Shown: piece after piece, positions 48,418-62,609 of the stretch
Layout: the number at the start of each line of letters is the position of its first letter
How positions within the stretch are numbered: the first letter of the stretch is position 1
Origin: the human T2T-CHM13v2.0 reference genome, Homo sapiens
Assembly: GCF_009914755.1 (NCBI RefSeq)
Contig: NC_060926.1
Reading direction: 5' to 3' (one strand)
DNA: 64,000 bases
Translations under genes and position numbers: made by a program
The notes under the pieces: generated by a model
The model's input: only the letters and a program-made list of their open reading frames with translations
The model's database searches: none
What the model was told of the DNA's origin: nothing

Positions 48418-50359
48418 GTAGGTATATATAGTGTATACTTTTTAGTTTACTTACTATTAATAGTTGATTTTATTATTTAATAAATATTTGTTTTATTTAT
48501 TTAAAGGATGCATATTTTTAATATCAGTTGAAATTATGGCTAGTTTTAGTGCCTGCTAGGATAACTATAACTGTGCAGCTTTATTTCCTGAAGAGGTTTT
48601 ATTTTAATGAAATATTTGCATAAATGTTACTAAACATTATAGTACATGGGGGAAAGTATGTTACTAACATTTTGGGGCAGATATGTACCTCGAACATGTG
48701 AGTATTATCTATGAGACCTGTCAAAAAGTGATAATACTGAGAACTAAAACGTTGTAATATGTTAAACACTTTGATTTATGGAAAAATAAGAACAGTAAGA
48801 AATAGAAGAACTTTGTTTTAAATAGAAACCGAAAAGATCTAGTGATACCCTAAAAGACAGGAGTTTAGAAGAATCAGATAAGGGAGAGGAAGCAAGGGAT
48901 CAGGCATGTTCTAAACCTCAATTTGTAGTGAGTAAGGGGCTCAAGAAAGCTGTTAGAAGTGAATGTTTCTCATCTTTCAGATTAGGAAGGATTAGTCTAA
49001 TTGTATGCAATACAGAAGCAGTAGTTCTAAATAGGAATTTTGGAAAACTTGAGTGAAAATGCAGAACCATAAAAGCAGTAAATAGAGGAAAAACAGACAC
49101 AACTAAGAACTTGTAAATGGATTCTGCCAAAACTGACTCTGTACATCCTTGAATATCTTTGGAAGCATACTTTATATTTTATCTAAGTAGTATTGTAATA
49201 GGTAAGATTTAGAGAGGTAATGTGACTTGAGGTCAATACAGCAAGTCTGTGGCAGAGTAGGATCTCTTGAGTCAAGGTTTACTGTTTTTTTCAATTGCTA
49301 TCTTCCTTTTTCCTCTCCTATGTTTAGCTTTTATAGGTTCTATTATGTATATAGTTGATCATGGCTATTCTCTCTGGCCCACTCCTGGAACAGAGGGTAA
49401 CAAAAGAGTAAATGAACTATACATAGCCTTTGGAACCCAGGAGAAATGGAACCAGATTTAGAATAATTGCAGCAAGCAAATTAGAGCTCAAGATAAGGAA
49501 CATTAGTTGGTCTGAGAATGCAAATACTGGACATGGGTTGATGTAAAAGGATTTAATGGATTGGAAAGTAACTTTGTAGTCTATATATTCCTAGCCTCTT
49601 GTTTATCTAGAATGTTTTTGGGGAAGACATAACATTTAGTATTTTGTTTCTGGAGAGTTACTAGTTACTACATTCTTGCAATAAAAGACACTATGTGAAA
49701 ACAAAACAATATAATTTAACTTTGCCAGGGTGCCAAGGTTTTACAGAACTTCCATATGATATTGTGATTATAACATTGTAGACGATTGGGTTGAATATGG
49801 ATCAACTCAGTTCTGTTATACATATTTATACACAATCACAGACCTACACACATTTATGTTGCTCATTTATTTATGCCTTTAATTTTATTAGAGTTGACCT
49901 TTTAAGAAAATCTTTATTGAATGGGAATAATCTGTCATTGGAATTTTCCTGTAGTATGATAAATCAAACAATTTGATTTAAATATAATTTAGTGGAAGTT
50001 TTAGATCCTTATTTCTTGGTTTAAGTTTGTAAGTAACTTACAGAAAAAAGCTTGCAGTGATAGTGGGAGACCTTCTGGATCAAGACATTTTGGTTTCTCT
50101 ATTTTTTAGAGAAGCAGGGACAGATGTCGAATGCTTTACTAAGGTGTAAACGGAGAAACAGAGAAAATATACTTCCCCCATCCTTTTCTGAAACTTAATA
50201 AATTCTAAAGCAGCAAAACAATAATTCTGAAAATGAGTGTATATAACACTTTAAAACTTTATTATCTTTTGCTTGGAATTCCCCAAAATATTGCAAAGCT
50301 CTTCCAGTGAGGCGGCATTCCTTCTCTAAGTTTTACTTAGTCATTACAAAGAAAACAAA

Positions 50360-50665
50360 GGCTGGGCATGGTGGCTCACACCATAATCTCAGAACTTTGA
50401 GAGACCAAGGCAGGAGGATTGCTTGAGACCAGGAGTTTGAGACCCGCCTGGACAACATAGTAAAACCCTATCTCTATGAAAAATAAAAAAAAATTAGCTA
50501 GGTTTGGTGGCACACATCTGTAGTCCCAGCTACTTGGGAGGCTGAGATGGGAGGATCCCTTGAGCTACAAGAAATGAGAGGTCAAGGCTATAGTGAGCTG
50601 TGATTGAGCGACTGCACTTCAGCTTGGGCAACAGAGCAAAACCCTGTCTAAAGAAATAAAAAATA
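50360..50665 (+). mobile_element. AluJ
   Basis: Diverged dimer with A-rich tail. Confidence 0.85.
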
Positions 50666-52802
50666 AGATAAACAAATTGACTCAGAAATTAACAACATAT
50701 ATTGAAGGAAAAAAGTATGTTGTATTTAAATACATTGTAATTTTCTCAAAACAGGAAACCAGGCCTTTTATGCATAACATATAACTTATTTATGCATAAC
50801 ATATAACATTCCTAAAAGGTGAACATTAAAATATTTAGCAATATTTAAATATTTAAGTAGAATATTTAGCAATAAACTTACTTTGAATTAAGTTTTGAAT
50901 TAAATGTAGTGATTTTTAAATGTATAATTCATTAGAACTTGCACATTTATTTGTATTTAGTATTAGTAACGTGAGTGGAATACAACCCTCATTTCTTAGA
51001 GCTGGATTTCTCCCTGCTGAATAAGTAATTTTTTTTGCTCTTCAGAGGGTTTGAATTTTGGATATTTAGAAACAAAGTATTTCTGGTGAGTTTTACAGCT
51101 TTTCTTTTTTTTTTTTTTTTTGTAAGACAGTACATGTCTTTTGGTTTTAAATTTTATTTGCATGGTGAAGCCTTGGAGAATTTTCTGAGGGTATCAGAGA
51201 AGAAACTGTTGGAAAATCCATTCAAATTTAAAATGATCTAAAAATTTATCAAAATCATTACATTCAAGTTTCAATATATTTCCAAAATTTTCATTTTATT
51301 ACACATGTCAGTCATCTATACAGATAATGGAAACCAAATTGGGGGGAAGAAGGTTTTCTTTTTTCAATACCAATCATTATTTTGTTCTTGAAACAATGAA
51401 TGACATGAATTTCAGTAACTGATTTTTCCAAGGATTTTTGGACTCAAGTTTCATATAGTCTAGAGATACTGGTGAGTAGCAGGTGGTTTGTATAGAGAAA
51501 AATGGAAAGAAAATGAAACATAAGTAACTGCAATGTAGGTGGAGAGACATCTTTAAATGGTGGGTACTCAATAGAGTGAATGTACCTTCATAGGTTACTT
51601 TGTAAACTAATCATGTTCAAAATAAAAGGGACGCTTGCTAAATACCAAATTATGAATCCTTTTAAAAAAACAAAAAATTCTTTCCTAAAACAATCCTTTT
51701 TTGGGGCTTGGTGGGGTCAATACTGGGTTTAAGGGAATGGAAGAGTTAGGAAAAGAAAGAAAATAAACTGCAAGGGCTAAAGAGAATCTTATAATTGGTT
51801 ACATATCAAAAGAAAGATGTTGTCAGTTCCCATTTTTTTTCTTTTTAAGCATCTTATCAGGTACCCTGGGGATTTAGAAGCTATATTTGAAATAGTCCCT
51901 GTTCTCCACGAATTTACAGTTTAGTTGGAGAGATGGAACTAATATAACATCAATCTATATAACAGAATATAATTTGTTTTTAAAAATATCATATAGAGAA
52001 AGCACTGTAGAACTTCTAAAGGGAAGATGAGCAAATTGAAATATAAAATATGTGTAAGTCCTTCTTTCTGTCCCAGGAAAGCTTCCTGGAGAAGTTAAAA
52101 GTTGAATTGCCTCTTGTATAATATAGGCTGTGGTATGGATGAAGATACTGGTTTTTTTTTTTTTTTTCCCCCTGAGAAATTGAGTAACTTGCTCAACTAC
52201 TGAGTGGTAGACTCAGGCCTTGAACCTAGATCTCTTTCCAGAAGCTTTGCCCTTTTCACCAAACCAACGTGTGTTTGAGAATGTGGGGTGTGTAGTGTGT
52301 GTACACACGTTTGCTTTTCAAATTATAGTCTAAAATAGAAGTTAGTGTTGAATGGGGGGATTGAGAGGACAGCATACTTTGGTCATGCAAAAAGAAGCTG
52401 GAGCATAGTTAGAGGGGTTTTTAATGTGCACATCTAGGTGGCCACTAGGGTAGGCTTTAAACAGTCTTTCTCATCATTCTTTCAAATGTAGAGATTTTCG
52501 CCTCTTTTTTTTCTTCCAAACTAATTTGAATGTATTTGTGTTAGAAAATATAGAAAAGAGTCTGCTTTTCTTTGACAGCAAAAAGCTCGGAAAACTTCCA
52601 CTCCCAGCATATCTTTATTTTTGCATCATTCATTGAGGAGGAAAGAAACATAATATTGCTGTGTGATTTTCAGCAGTCGGACATGGGACATATGACCCAT
52701 TTGTGTGTTCTTTAGCATGTCTCAAAGGACCAATTTTGACATATATGAAACAAAGAAAAGTTGGTATTTAGAGCCATATTGATTTTTAAAATCCTAGATA
52801 TT

Positions 52803-52925
52803 GCTGGATACAGTGGTGTGCGCCTATTCCTGGATACTTGGGAGGCTGAGGCAGGAGGATTGCTTGAGCACAGGAGTTCAAGTGCAACCTGGGCAACACA
52901 GCAAGACTTCATCTCTCAAAAAAAA
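52803..52925 (+). mobile_element. FLAM monomer
   Basis: TSD taaaatcctagatatt at 52787 and 52939. Confidence 0.85.
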
Positions 52926-53469
52926 TTTTTAAGAAATGTAAAATCCTAGATATTATTACACATTAATCCTTTGGATAGGTAGTTTTTGATTTTTAATTCA
53001 GAAAGAATATTGCATAGGAGATCTTCCAGTCATAATCTGGAATAATTAATTAGATTTTACTAGTTTTTTTCGAGAATTCTTTACAATGAAATTCTTAGTA
53101 ATATGTTTGTCATCCGTTATATTTGGGGATTGAGAAAACAGAATTGTTCTTATATTTATATTTTAATAAATATTTTTGCAAATATGGTGAAATGTTGACA
53201 TTCTGGTTTTGACATTCATTTGTAAGTATTGTTTGTGTTTCTGGTTAGCTCTCTTAAAAGTACTATCTAGGAAATCTTAGTTTTTATAAGAGAATATAGC
53301 CATTAATTTTTTTCTACAGATTAGGCAACAGAAGATTTGTGAAAACAAAATGTATTGATCTCATTTATATTCCCTTGATGAAGGAACACATGCTGGTCTC
53401 CGCTCGCTTTCTGTCCACTAGTATGAAATCCTTGTCCCTGCTTCCTTGCTGGTAGGTTTTTAGAAGTTC

Positions 53470-53600
53470 AGTGAGCAATGCAAATCGCCTGAAGGGTGGA
53501 AAATTCCCTTGTCACACAGATGCCCTTATCAGCAGCAACCAGATGGAGCTCTGAGCTGGAACGCTATCGGTGTTAAATTGCTTTTTCTCCCACCCTGAGT
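53470..53600. promoter_or_regulatory. Candidate intronic enhancer (motif cluster)
   Basis: ATGCAAAT 53478, GGGTGG/GGAAAATTCCC ~53494-53508, CAGATG 53517, CTTATC-N9-CAGATG 53525-53545, CCCACCC ~53589; motif evidence only. Confidence 0.4.
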
Positions 53601-54758
53601 AGAGAGGATTAAAGCATTCCTTTAGAAATGGGTGGCAAATGTACAGACTTAGGAATATTAATATTTTTTAACAATTTGCATTTATAAGTAAATACATGGA
53701 AATATAATCTCCAAAAAAGTCCATGTTCAAAATTCAGCCAAATCAGTGCAAAATGTTTTGTTTTAAATAAAATAGGATAATAGTCTTTCATGAATTCACT
53801 TGCAAAGAGTAAGCTTGAAACTGTTTTTTTTTCTTTTTTTTTTTTTTAAGTGGGAGACAGTATCTCACTATTAGGGTCAAATGCATATTAGGGTCAGTTT
53901 TGGTTGTAGAAAATAAAGGTATGTCTAAGTGTATTCATACTGTTGAAGAAAAATACAATTTAAATTATTTCTCAGAGTTGTCATTTATTTTGGCATAATT
54001 AATTGGTTCTTTTACTGTTACTGTTTTTGGGTAAATCCTTAGATTCTGCATTAGTTTGATTTTTGAAATGTTGATTTATTAAATATTGCTATTTTGTAAG
54101 CTAATAATTGCTAAATACCTTGCAATTTCAGGTCTGTATGAACAGTATTGATGGTTAGCCATATCAGTAGTTACACAGTGTATTTTAATGAAACTAGTTT
54201 TAGAAGTCCGTAAGAGAGACTGCTGTTAAATTATATGTGTTGTTCATAGCCATTTCTATATTAGTGATTTTGTTTCTTAATATTGATTTCCAGATACCAT
54301 CTAACCTCCAATGAATGATAACCATTTCTCTGATAGAAAAATTGGTATGCCTTTGTGTTTTATATGGCAATAACCACCTACACAGTGGCTGACGTTGGAG
54401 TAAAAATTCTTTCTTCATATTCATATGCAGGTTTATGAAATATGTTGCAGTTTTTTTTTTTTCTTAAGGCCTAGTTTTTAGTATGTGCCAAGAGTTGGGA
54501 CTTTGCAACAATTACACCATGATGTGTGCAATTTTTTGCAGGTGTAAATATGAACATATAAGTAAGGATGGATAAATTGTTCCCTTTGTATTTCTAAATA
54601 TCAGATAAATATGATTATTACTGATACAACATAAAAACTGCTTTTGCAAAAAATAAAGTTGAAGAACTTTATTTTTTAGGTTGATTCAGACATGTCAATA
54701 AAGCAGATTAATAAAGAATCTTCAGTTTAATGACTGAGATATAATGTTTTACTTACAG

Positions 54759-54844
54759 AACCAATTTAGAACTTGAATTGATTCATCGAGGAGGCAATTT
54801 GTGTTCAGGTGGTGCAAGCACAGCTGGCAAAAGGTCTTGTTTAA
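54759..54844 (+). CDS. UBR3: UBR3 exon (86 nt, phase 2-1): (R)TNLELELIHRGGNLCSGGASTAGKRSCL
   Basis: ttttacttacag| acceptor, TAA|gtaagt donor; AG+A completes Arg from the previous exon. Confidence 0.9.
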
Positions 54845-57006
54845 GTAAGTACTAAATACTGCTAAATTTAAAAAAAATTCTGTCATTTTTGGAAGCATTG
54901 ACAGGAAAAGTGACATTTTGGTATATTTCAAATTTTGTCTGTTGTATATGATCTATTTAGATAGTGATATATACTTTAAATGGCTAATCTTGTACTTGGA
55001 AGAATCATATGGATATTTAGCTCTTTCTAGATTATGATTACCTAGCACATAAATGTGATGCTAAGTGACGAGGTTTATACTGTTTCAAAATTAAAGCACT
55101 GTATGATTCTCAGCTATAAAAAATTGTTCTTAAACTTTAGTTCTCTTAAAGAATTTTTACATTGAATTAAGAAAATATTTTTATAAAGACAATATATGTT
55201 ACCCACAGATTTCTATTATATTATTGCTATTAAGATATTTGTGCTATATTTTGATGTGTATATTAAAATGTATTGAAATTGCACGTTTGCTTTTATTTAT
55301 ATATATACTTTATGTTATAAAATGAGAATAATTCTTCAATCTTGTGTGTAAGGATATATTTGAGAGAAGTGTAATTTGTAATTTAAAGTAGATTTTTCAT
55401 GAGCATGGCTTTGATGCTATCATTTTTTAGTCATTGTTTAGAGAATTAATGTGCATAGTAGGAATAATATTATTGAATATCAGCATATAGCTGATTATTT
55501 GCCCCAGATCACTGAAGTTGAAATATTACCTAATGTGATTGGTGTAGGAAATAAAACTTGTTTAAAACACATAATATATTCTTTTGAAAAATGAATATTC
55601 TCAAATACTAAAAAATAGTAAGTATTAAAAATTATCAATACATGTTGGTTTTTTAACAAAATATATGTTATTTCAAAAAATATGTAATTTTGAATTGATT
55701 CCAAAGCAAAGGGATGATCAAAAGCACTTTAAAATTTCTAACATAAAAGCAAACTTATGTGAAATTTTAACTTGGTTATCTTTAAAGTCTTATAAATTGC
55801 AGTAGAATTTGATATTTTCTTTTGGATTGTCACTTTATTCCTAGAACTTAAAATTTTGGAGGTTATTATTTTTATTTTTTAACCGAGTATTAGTAAAAAT
55901 TGACCCCTTTATGCATTCATCTAAACCCTATTTCTATTCAGTGCTTTACTAGTATGTTTCAAAGGAAGTTGTTGATACATGGGAGTTTTAGTTTCTAATC
56001 TGTTTGAATTAATAGATATAATAATCATTTTAGTTATATAAATTATTCCTTCTTGTTAATTTGTTATTAATTGATGTTTGGCATTGGCTGATAATATTCC
56101 AGAAACTGTTGTGTTACAAAGTGTTTACTTTAGCGAAGGGTTTTCTGTTTTTAAAAATCTACTTATTTTTTTCTCTGAGGCACTTAAACTTATCTAGAGG
56201 CTTGTAAATAATGAATTTATCCAGATTCCTGAAAATAGTAATAAAATTCTAGTGGTAATCACTTTAATTACCAGAGTCAATTTTGTAATTTAAATTGTTA
56301 AATTTATACTTTCAGACTTTTGCTTCATTATTTTTCCCTTTACTAAATCAGAAATTATACTGTGCCAATATAGAAAAAGTCATGATAAAGTTTATCCTAA
56401 ATGTAAGTTAATATTTCTTAGTTTTTGTATAATTTATTATTGTTCAGTTACTTATTTATCCTAATATTAATAAAAGCAGCCTGTAAGTCATATATATATA
56501 TAGAATATGTTGTATATATGCAAAATCCCACTATCTTACAAGTGTATGAACTTAGTATTTGTTATTTATTCAAATAAAATTCAAACTTAAGTTGTACACC
56601 AGGACTTAAATTGATGATGATTCATGGGATCTCACTGCAAATATCTCATTTTTTTCATCTTCCAGTGCAACTTCAGTGGTATTATTAAAAAAAAAAAATC
56701 TATCTTTTTTCTAGGGAAATATCTTATTGTATTCATATTTTCCTTTTCCCATTGATTGCTCTTTATTACTTTTTGAACATCTAATTTTTAATGTTTTTTC
56801 TTCCATAATGTTTTTGAGGAGAGTGAGAAAATGCCTCACTGATTAAGCAAATGATAAGGGAACTTTTTTCATTCTAAGAATATCACACTTTTGAAATACT
56901 GTTCTGTTACGACTTCTTGATGAAACTGAAAATTTGTCTAGTCAAGAAAACTTTTAATAAATTTTGTCTAGAGAGGATTGCGTAATGCCTGGTATATAAT
57001 TACGGA

Positions 57007-57022
57007 CACACACACACACACA

Positions 57023-57056
<34 letters not shown>
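57007..57056 (+). repeat. (CA)n microsatellite with one GA interruption
   Basis: Read directly from sequence. Confidence 0.95.
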
Positions 57057-57058
<2 letters not shown>

Positions 57059-57319
57059 GGGAGAAGGGAAGATTGTTCTTTCTACAACAATGAAAGCAAA
57101 AAATATTAATGGCCAAATCTCTACTGAGAAATAAAATTGAAATGGAACAATGCCATTCAACTACATCTTCATACATTTTTAAATAGTTGAGAGTAGTTAA
57201 CCAGTGTCAATCAAAATAAAAGGTCAGTCCTAAAAATACGTGTCTGGGAAATTTTCCATAGTAAAAAGTTACTCAAATTAGCTCACATAGCAGCATAGTA
57301 TGGTATTTTAATAATATAA

Positions 57320-57510
57320 TATCCTACATTTGTAGTTTTAAAGTTTGTAAAGTTCTTTCACATAAATTATTTAATCTTTAGAACGACCATGTGAAATAGG
57401 TGTTATCTCTTTTTCATAGAAAAGGAATCTCAAGTTCAGAGTGATTGCCTTGCCAAGTCACACAGCTGGAAAATGTCAGAGCTTGCACTTGAGCCCAGCT
57501 CTTCTGACTC
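57320..57510 (-). mobile_element. MIR
   Basis: ttctttcacata..atttaatc..tgtgaaatagg..ttgccaagtcacacagctgg..cttctgactc. Confidence 0.7.
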
Positions 57511-57989
57511 TAATTCAGTTATATAAGACATATCTCCTGCCCTTAAGTGTCCCAAAGGATGCAGAACTTTTAAGACCTTTCAGCCATTGGTTTAGTCAAA
57601 GACACTCTACTGTACAACATTGCCTTGGGATCTTTCCAGGCCCTTCTGTGCTAACTCTCCTATTTATCTTGTCTATTTTCTTTTGTCAGCCTTTCACCGT
57701 GAATCCTTTTTTGTTTGTTTGTTTTTGTTTTTGTTTTGAGCCATCTTTTCAGACATTTTTGCAAGTACTGAGTCCTTCTGCCCTGGATACCAGTTAGCTC
57801 TTCTTTATTCCTTGCCAGTTTGCTGGCTGGTTCCCCTTGCTCTTGCTATGAGCCATGTGCGTTAGTTCTCACATATAGCATAGCTGCCGATTCCTGGGTC
57901 AGAGCTCTAGCCCTCCTCCTTACCCACCAGGGAAGATCAGGCATTCAGGACCATGTATTCAGCACATGATACTGGTTCTAGAGACTGGT

Positions 57990-58165
57990 TCTCATCTGCT
58001 GGACTTGTATTCAGCAGATGAGACTTGTTCCAATGCCATGTCCACCAAAAACTTCGCTGATTCCAGCGGTGAATTTCCTAGAAGTTCTAGGGAATTTAGA
58101 GGTTTGTGATCATATCTATCTGCTGGAATCAGTGAAGCTTTTGGTGGACAAGGCATTTGAACAAG
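57990..58165. repeat. Cluster of nested inverted repeats
   Basis: 45-bp arms 58024-58068/58121-58165, an inner palindrome 58072-58096 and an adjacent hairpin 57990-58023. Confidence 0.85.
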
Positions 58166-58874
58166 ACTTTGAAAGATAAGTGAGGTTTAGAGTTTTTGTT
58201 ACAAATTCGTATATACAGTAAGTACCACCAACTTGGTTAGCAACATATGTTGGAAAAAGCAGATGTAAAAATTAAAGGCATAACTTTTTATTAAAAATAT
58301 TAAGCTTACTGTATTAATTTCTTCATTAAAGTGATTTGAAAGTAAATATGACACTCCATAAATTCTAGTGAAGTTCACATTCTTTCAGCACATTTTTGGC
58401 ATGATATTCTCAGTGTATTTCTCAAGTAGAAATTGTTGAAACCATTGGCAATGCCATTTGATAAATTATTAATATTGGAGCATAATATAAAAAATTATTT
58501 CATTTGTAGGTAAACGTCTCTTCCTGTCTTTGGGTCTGAGAATTTGTCTGCTTATTACTGTCATTTAACTAAGAAACCACAGTTCATGTCTCAAATGGAT
58601 TCCATGATTTTATAGAAAGATTAAAAATGAAATGTTAGTCAAGAGAGGATAAGGCAAACTCTTGCCTTGACATTTTCATTTGGGAAGTTCTGACTTAATT
58701 TTGATGTAATCTATGATCTGATCAAGAAATTATGCATAGTCACTGCAGTAAATAATTTCTACCAGATTTGCTTTTCATAGCAAGCAACCCAGCTTAGATC
58801 TGTGCAGGCAACTTAAAATAGTTCTACTTGCTCAAAGAGTGAATTTTTGGTGAATTTAAAATTACAGAAAATTA

Positions 58875-59165
<291 letters not shown>

Positions 59166-59190
59166 TTATAGAAAATTATTTTGACATTAA

Positions 59191-59568
<378 letters not shown>

Positions 59569-60752
59569 TAGTCTGGCCTTATTCTTTCACACTTAGTAGT
59601 AAAATTCTGACACTGATGGCTTATGAAGGCCTTTTTCAAATTTAAAAATACCAATTTCTGCAAGCAGATTGAACCACAATTTTGTTCAATTTTTTTTGTT
59701 ACCATAAAAAAGGAAAATTTGGCCATCAAATTATTATAATGGTCAAAAGGTATAAATTAATACAAAAATGTGTAAATTGTCTCCTGAGACTAGTTATTGA
59801 TCAGATTTGATGGCTAAAAGGTGATTTTGTGGTATTTGGGAATGTTTTATGTTCTGAAGAGCAAGTTGGTATGTATTTAGGGCCAACATGAAAGATACAT
59901 ATGTGGTGGAATAGACAACAGCAAACTAGGATCATAAGCATGTGCTTAGGCAAGACATTTTATGTTTTTGGCTTCAGTTTCCTCATCTATAAAATTAGTG
60001 TACTAGGCTGGATGCTCTGTCTCCTGACAGATGTTCATGGTTGTTAACTGTTACATGCAAAGCTCAAATCTGGAGCTTTTCCCCCCTGTTAATTAACATC
60101 ATTGACATTAAGCATAAAAGGCAAATAGCTGGACTAGGAGTTATACTCTAGGAACTTTTAGAATTATACTTTATCTACAGTCATACACTGTAGAATAAAT
60201 CAAAGCTTGGAGTTTTTGTTTTTCTTTTCTTTTGATACATCTTACAAATTCAGAAGATTTTGGTATTTTGTTTTATATTTTATTTTGCTCTTCATTTTAA
60301 ATAGTGCATAAATAAAAAATAGAGGCTGTCAGTGAAATCACATGATAAATAGAATCAGAATCTTTGAGCTAAAAGTTACTTAGGAAATCTCCTAGTCTAA
60401 ATGTTATCTAGCTCAGGCATCTTGTACCTACTATTCCAATCGTTTGCACTCTGCTTGAACACTTTCAGAGATAAGGAGTACTGTTTGAGATAGGTGAGGA
60501 GTTTGGTAAGCCTTTTAAAGGATGGTGATATTAAAAGGCAGCATAGTGTAAACTAGAGAGTGAGATTCTGTTCCTCATTAATACCCAATCAGAGGATTGT
60601 TGTAAGAATTCAATTTTATAATATATATTCTAGTTTCTATAGATTGTAAATCTCAACATTAATATTTCTCCTATTTCAACACTATAATTGTCAAATTGGG
60701 GGGTGTGTGGATAAGGAGAAGGAGCAAGATAACACTTTTTAGCTCAATTTTT

Positions 60753-61100
60753 GTCTTAGTCTATAACAATATACCATAGACTGGGTGGCTTATATACAAC
60801 AGAAATGTATTTCTCACAGATCTGGAGGCTGGGAAGTCTAAGATCAAGGCTCCAGCAGATTTGGTGTCTGGTGAGGGCCTGCTTGCTTCCTCATACATAG
60901 CTGTCTTCTCACTGTAACCTCACGTGGTGGAAGGGGCAAGAGATCTCTCTGGGATCTCTTTTATAAGAGCACTAATCCCATTCATGAGGGCTTCCTCGTG
61001 ACCTAATCACTTCTCAAAGGCCCCACCTCCTTATACTAACCTTGGGGTTAGGACTTCAACATATGAATTTTGGTGGGACATAAACATTCAGTCCATTGCA
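60753..61100. mobile_element. MLT1A/MST-type MaLR LTR
   Basis: tgtcttagtc..ccatagactgggtggctta..ctggaggctgggaagtctaagatcaagg..aacattcagtccattgca. Confidence 0.8.
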
Positions 61101-62609
61101 GTTTTTTTTAAGGGACTTGACAGACTTTCTTTTGACCTCTTCAGAGATGAGATTAGGAGGACAGAATGAGATTTATCCCCATGATAAAGTTTATCTTTTG
61201 AGAACAAAATACATTGTTAATTTGGAGAGGTTTAAGAATGTGGCATGAAAATTTAAGTTAGAGGAGTGGCTTTAAATTTTCTTTAAGGCCTTTCTGAAAG
61301 TGCCATGATTTGTGACTTAAGTAGCCAGGCCTTTCTGTATTTATAATTTGGGCATTCAAGAACTAAGTACCATAGATAGTAATTTTCACTATCAGGACAT
61401 AGGAGTCTTTGGATCTTACTTGGCTTAGGGCGAGGCAGCTTCTTTCTTCTGCAGTTAGATAGGACAAACTCTACCCCCATTTTAAACGAGGTGCTTAAAT
61501 AAGACCTGGATTCATGGAATGTGCCTCTTTAGTAAAGAGGAAGTTAGGAGTCCTAAGAACTGACCTCTCTTCCTAGGACTACCTATATGCAGAAGCAGAA
61601 TTGTCCTCTCCCTGTCTCTTATCATCCCAAGCTCTGTCGGAAAGCGAAAAGGGGAGGCTTCTAGTCCCTGAAACCTTAAAGTAGAAGGTGAACAATTTGG
61701 TGAAGCTAATAATAATACTTGTGGATACTTGGGTTAACCAGAGAATTATGGCATACTGTGCCTGGGAGTGGAGACATAGGAACTCCGGGAGGCAGGAGAG
61801 GAACACAACATGGAAAGTATGAAAGTACTCAAGACAGCCTTTTTCTTCACTGTCTTCCCTTCCTCACATGGCAGAAAAAACCTCTCCAAAGGAAGCAACA
61901 CTTCCCCACTCTATTCCCAAAATCCCACGTGTCCTTGTTGACTGGTGAAAACCTAGCATATAGTGCTGGAAGGAACACCGGGTTGGAGTTTGAAGGCATG
62001 GATTCTAGTGTATTTGTTATCTGTTGGACTTTGGGAACCTAACCTAACTTTTTACCTCATTGTGGAAGTGAGGATGATGGTACTTATACTGACTATCTGA
62101 TATATCCATCATAGTTAATGTAATGATCAAATAGTATTAGATATATGAGCTAAAGTATCTTACATAATATGTTATTATATATAATAATAATTATTAAACT
62201 TGTCTTTTAACTCTTTAAAATTCTACCATAACTGCCACTTGATTCTCTGCCCTGCCTTGCCTGGAGTGCTTAGGAATGGGATAGGGAGAGATGAGTCAGC
62301 TCCTGTCATCCATGGCATCAACCTTCTGTCTCTTGGGAACCAGATCTACAGATGTTCCCTTCTTCTTGGACCTGTTCCCAGACCTCATTTAAAGAGCTCT
62401 TTCCCATCTCTTCATGGCTGATTTCTCAGGGACATACAGAGGAACCAGTGGAAGCTGGCTTTGATGTGAGAGGTGTATACTCACACCTATTACATTCACC
62501 TTAGGATAAGTAGGTCAGAACCATTTCCTCACTTTGATTATTCAGTTGCAGAGAAAGGGAGATTTTTTTCTCCACCCCCATGATATTTCAGAGTCATTTG
62601 GCTAGTTGA

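Noticed and set aside
54130-54570. Several AG/GT pairs upstream of the last exon as further cryptic exons
   Set aside because: No pair gave both good splice sites and a coherent frame by inspection
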